In this document: positions 60,881-64,000 of the stretch, one piece after another
How the letters are laid out: each line of letters starts with the position of its first letter
How positions within the stretch are numbered: the first letter of the stretch is position 1
NCBI GenBank assembly: GCA_038118725.1
Contig: JAYOIK010000003.1
Coordinates: 1,485 to 65,484 of the forward strand
DNA from: Alphaproteobacteria bacterium
Lineage (GTDB): Bacteria; Pseudomonadota; Alphaproteobacteria; Thalassobaculales; Thalassobaculaceae
Reading direction: 5' to 3'
DNA: 64,000 nt
Notes under the pieces: generated by a model
Told to the model about the DNA's origin: nothing
The model's database searches: none
What the model saw: the letters and a program-made list of their open reading frames with translations, nothing else
Position numbers and translations under genes: made by a program

Positions 60881-61728
60881 GGTAGCCCCGCGCCGGGCAC
60901 GTCGACCCGGGTGATTTCGATCCGCCCGGTGCGGCTCGCCGCGATCTCCGGGCCGGAATCAAGATTGGTGCAGACGAACAGGGTCTTCAGGTCATCGCCG
61001 CCAAGCATGCAGGCATAGGGACCGTAGCCGCCCTCGAGCTTGATCGTCTCGGTAATGGCGCCGGTTTTGTCGAACCGCACGATCTCCTTGTTGCGCGGGT
61101 CGGTCACCCAGATCGCTCCCTCGGCGTCGAGGCAAATGCCGTCGGGATAGAGAGTCTCGGTTTCGGCGAAGACCCGTCGGTTCGACAGCGAGCCGTCGGC
61201 GCCGATGTCGAAGGCGGTCAGCCGCGCGGCCCGGGTCTCTCCGACCACCAATGTCTTGCCGTCCGGGGTAATGATCGTGCCGTTGGGAAACCAGAGCCCG
61301 TCGGCGGCGACGCTGGCCTCGCCGCTGGGCGAGACCCTGACCAAGGTCGTCGCCCGAGGCTCCTCTCCAGCGTGGCGGTTGAAGCCGAAATTGCCGACAT
61401 AGGCGCCGCCCTCGGCGTCGACCACCATGTCGTTGCACCAATAATTCGCATGCGCCGACAGGTCCGCGTGTTCTTCCAGCTTGCCGTCCACCAGACGCAG
61501 GAGTTTCTGATCCCGCATGGAGACAATGAGCAGCGTGCCGTCCGGTGTCCAACCGAGGCCCGAGGGCTGCTCGGGGACCGTGCAGATGGTCTCCCGGTTG
61601 CCCTCGATATCGACGGCGATGACCTCGTACGCATAGAAGTCGGAGAACCAGAGCCTGCCGTCGCGCCAGCGCGGGCCTTCGGCGAAAGTGAGCTTGTCGA
61701 GGATTGGGGTCAGTTTTCTCATGGCCAT
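60877..61728 (-). CDS. SMP-30/gluconolactonase/LRE family protein
   Basis: FAEGPRWRDGRLWFSDF...PNGTIITPDGKTLVV...PDGICLDAEGAIWV. Start is ATG 61728 or ATG 61722; the latter gives an ATGA overlap with the upstream stop. Confidence 0.85.
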   Translation of the reverse strand: MAMRKLTPILDKLTFAEGPRWRDGRLWFSDFYAYEVIAVDIEGNRETICTVPEQPSGLGWTPDGTLLIVSMRDQKLLRLVDGKLEEHADLSAHANYWCNDMVVDAEGGAYVGNFGFNRHAGEEPRATTLVRVSPSGEASVAADGLWFPNGTIITPDGKTLVVGETRAARLTAFDIGADGSLSNRRVFAETETLYPDGICLDAEGAIWVTDPRNKEIVRFDKTGAITETIKLEGGYGPYACMLGGDDLKTLFVCTNLDSGPEIAASRTGRIEITRVDVPGAGLP

Positions 61729-62564
61729 CCGGCTCCCGGTACGGTCACGCGGGTGGTTTCGATCCGTCCGGTCGGATTGCCCGCGTGGTCCTTATTGCGA
61801 TAGATATTGGTGCAGATCATCAGCGTGCGCCGGTCCGGTCCGCCCAGCGCCACGGCATAGGCGCCGCGATCGCCGGTCGACACCCGCTCTGCGATCTCTC
61901 CGCCATCCTTGATGCGCAGCGCCTGTTTCTTGACCGGATCGGCGATCCAGATAGCGCCCTCGGCGTCCATGCAGATTCCGTCCGGCACCCAATCCTCGCT
62001 CCCTTCCGCCCAGGCGCGGCGGTTCGACAGGGTGCCGTCCGGCGCCTTGTCGAAGGCCGTCAGCTTGCGGGACCAGGATTCCGCGACCACCATTGTCTTG
62101 CCGTCCGGGGTGATCGCGATCCCGTTGGGGAAGAAGAAATCGTCGGCGGCGATCGAAACCCCGCCGTCCGGATCGACCCGCGCCACGTTGGTATTCCGCG
62201 GCTCTTCGTTTTCGCGATAGTCAAAGCCGAAATCACCGACATAGGCCCGGTCTTCGCCGTCAACGGTCATGTCGTTGCACTTGGAATGCGCCACGTCGGC
62301 AAGATTGGCGTGGACCTTGAGCCCGTCCGGGTCGAGGCGCAGAACCTTGCAGTCGAGCATCGAGACGACTAGCAAGCGTCGGTCCGGCAACCAACCGAGG
62401 CCGGAGGGTTGATTCTCGACCGTGCAGATGGTTTCGGCCTTGCCTTCCATATCCACCGCGATCACGTGATGTGAATAGAAGTCCGAGAACCACAGCCGCC
62501 CGTCATGCCAGCGCGGCCCCTCGGGAAAGGTCAGATTGTCGAGCAGGATGTTGAGTTCGGTCAT
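61719..62564 (-). CDS. SMP-30/gluconolactonase/LRE family protein (tandem paralogue)
   Basis: FPEGPRWHDGRLWFSDF...PNGIAITPDGKTMVV...PDGICMDAEGAIWI, roughly half identical by eye to the downstream copy. I chose the internal ATG 62564. Confidence 0.85.
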   Translation of the reverse strand: MTELNILLDNLTFPEGPRWHDGRLWFSDFYSHHVIAVDMEGKAETICTVENQPSGLGWLPDRRLLVVSMLDCKVLRLDPDGLKVHANLADVAHSKCNDMTVDGEDRAYVGDFGFDYRENEEPRNTNVARVDPDGGVSIAADDFFFPNGIAITPDGKTMVVAESWSRKLTAFDKAPDGTLSNRRAWAEGSEDWVPDGICMDAEGAIWIADPVKKQALRIKDGGEIAERVSTGDRGAYAVALGGPDRRTLMICTNIYRNKDHAGNPTGRIETTRVTVPGAGWP

Positions 62565-62604
62565 GGGGCTATTGTTCCTGGATTTAGCCAGCCGAGCACA
62601 TTGT

Positions 62605-62707
62605 CGTCGTCCTGGCGAACGGCAGGGCCTCTCGGCATGGGCCACGAGGCCGAAAGCCGGTCGTCTCGGGTAACCATCGCGAGGTCCTGCCTTGCGCCAG
62701 GACGACG
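62605..62707. repeat. ~103-bp palindromic repeat element (CGTCGTCCTGGCGCAAGG family)
   Basis: Left CGTCGTCCTGGCGAACGGCAGGGCCTCTCG (62605-62634). Right CGCGAGGTCCTGCCTTGCGCCAGGACGACG (62678-62707). Confidence 0.8.
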
Positions 62708-62772
62708 GCGGTGATTGAGATTCATGGTCCCATCCTCGTCTAATTTCGCGGGCCGGGCGGATCTATTGTCGC

Positions 62773-62800
62773 GCGGCCCTGCCTTTCGCTGGCGCGACGG
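62773..62800. repeat. solo half-copy of the same repeat family
   Basis: GCGGCCCTGCCTTTCGCTGGCGCGACGG resembles the right-arm consensus GAGGCCCTGCC(G/T)T(T/G)CGCCAGG(G/A)CGACGG. Confidence 0.4.
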
Positions 62801-62815
62801 ATAAACTTGGACGCA

Positions 62816-63367
62816 TCACTCCGGCAGCGGAAATTTCTCCAGCGCTTCCTTGTAGTGTGGCTCATTGTCGATCTCGAGGGTCGCCAGTACCCGGACCACG
62901 CCGCAATAGAAGGCGATCGCCAGCACCAGATCGACCAGATGCTCGTTGCTGAGATGCTTGCGGAGGATCTCGAAATCATCGTCGGGGATCTTCAGATCCG
63001 TGACCATGGCCCGGGCCGAGCGCAGCACGGTTTTCTCAAGCTCCGGCAGGCCGCTGTCACGTCCCTCGGTCTCGGCTGTGATCGCATGGACGTCCGCCTC
63101 GGTGACGCCGAACTGCTCGGTGCCGAGCCGGACATGGTGGGTGTACTCGTACTCGCTGCGGGTGAGGTAGCCGACTTGGATGATCGCCATCTCCTTGATC
63201 CTTGGATCAAGACCCGTCTTGTAGCGAATATACTGTCCGAGCCCACCGAAGGCCCGGGCGCCACCGGGGCTGTTGGTGAGTTGACGGAACAGATTGATCG
63301 GTCGCTTAAGAAGGTCCCTGTCCTCGTCCTTCAGATCATCAACATCGAGATATGGTAGTCTTGCCAT
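62816..63367 (-). CDS. carboxymuconolactone decarboxylase (AhpD-like) family protein
   Basis: MARLPYLDVDDL...IKEMAIIQVGYLTRSEYEYTHHVRLG shows the CMD-family pattern. Confidence 0.85.
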   Translation of the reverse strand: MARLPYLDVDDLKDEDRDLLKRPINLFRQLTNSPGGARAFGGLGQYIRYKTGLDPRIKEMAIIQVGYLTRSEYEYTHHVRLGTEQFGVTEADVHAITAETEGRDSGLPELEKTVLRSARAMVTDLKIPDDDFEILRKHLSNEHLVDLVLAIAFYCGVVRVLATLEIDNEPHYKEALEKFPLPE

Positions 63368-63397
63368 AATCTTACTTTCATTTCTTAATGTTAAAAA

Positions 63398-64000
63398 TTA
63401 ACCACGTGGCTTGGCCGAAAGCGAGCAGCCGCCATCCACCACCAACAGATGGCCGGTTACGTAGCGGGCCCAGTTCGACGAGAGATAGACCACCGCCTTG
63501 CCGATATCCCAGCCTTCGCCCTCGATCTGGACAAGCGAGGCATTCTGGCGTTGCTCGCGGTGTTCGGGCGTCATGCCGGGGGAATAGACCATCGGCGTGT
63601 AGACTGGCCCGGGCAGGATACAGTTCACCCGGATACCGTCGCCGCCGTGGTCGACGGCCATCGCTTGGCTTAGCGACAGAACCGCGCCCTTGGAGGTGGA
63701 ATAGACGGTCAACCCCTTGGGCCGGGTCGCCGAGATCGAGGAGATGTTGACGATCGAGCCGCCGTCGCCACTGTCGATCATCGCGGGAATGGCGTGCTTG
63801 GACATCAGGAACATGGGCTTGAGGTTCACTTCCATCACCCGGTCCCAATGCTCCTCGGTCTCGTCGACGACGGAGAGCCGGCTGCCGATGCCGATATTGT
63901 TGTCGAGCACGTCGAGCCGGCCCCAGGCGGCCATGGCGGCATCGACCACGCCCTTGCATTCGTCGGAGCTCAAGAGGTCGGCGCCCAGCGCCTTGGCCTC
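63398..64000 (-). CDS. SDR family oxidoreductase, C-terminal part; the N-terminus lies beyond the right window edge
   Basis: The frame stays open to position 64000 (...EAKALGADLLSSDECKGVVDAAMAAWGRLDVLDNNIGIG...YSTSKGAV...). It has NNxG and YxxxK SDR motifs. Confidence 0.85.
   Translation of the reverse strand, partial: EAKALGADLLSSDECKGVVDAAMAAWGRLDVLDNNIGIGSRLSVVDETEEHWDRVMEVNLKPMFLMSKHAIPAMIDSGDGGSIVNISSISATRPKGLTVYSTSKGAVLSLSQAMAVDHGGDGIRVNCILPGPVYTPMVYSPGMTPEHREQRQNASLVQIEGEGWDIGKAVVYLSSNWARYVTGHLLVVDGGCSLSAKPRG

Overview
This is a GC-rich chromosomal segment; third codon positions are visibly G/C-dominated. Gene content and local synteny look alphaproteobacterial: slt-dapA-smpB, divergent uvrA/ssb followed by gyrA-coaD, rlpA-dacC-tmk-holB, and fdxA-carD. 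A Rhodospirillales-like origin is inference only. I call 56 protein-coding genes plus one probable frameshifted gene. They are mostly core housekeeping: ndk, soxBDAG (heterotetrameric sarcosine oxidase), dapA, smpB, folK, trmFO, uvrA, ssb, gyrA, coaD, tmk, holB, fdxA, carD, cinA and cell-wall enzymes. Interspersed are small accessory-looking metabolic clusters:
- a TauD-like dioxygenase with a family III CoA-transferase and an Oxc/HACL-like ThDP enzyme;
- a ketopantoate-reductase-like gene coupled to a divergent enolase-superfamily gene and YaiI;
- an ADP-forming acyl-CoA synthetase, a PhyH dioxygenase and DUF938;
- an SDR, a CMD protein, two tandem SMP-30 lactonase-like genes and an AroE-like gene.
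I recognised no rRNA, tRNA, CRISPR array, transposase, integrase or phage genes.
I did not find a convincing novel multi-gene system such as a defence island. The most notable unexplained structure is a set of hairpin-containing palindromic intergenic repeats (REP/MITE-like). They occur as pairs, as a mosaic, and as a ~150-bp tandem array, and every copy lies downstream of a stop codon. Other points worth a second look:
- a frameshifted hypothetical gene;
- a degenerate GGDEF-EAL-like protein;
- a metallophosphatase-like protein lacking all metal-ligand motifs;
- a thermonuclease homologue with a substituted active-site motif;
- a bactofilin/M23 peptidase/Slt morphogenesis module;
- a divergent enolase-superfamily enzyme with intact catalytic spacing.
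All functional calls come from reading the translations and recalling family motifs. No database search was run.
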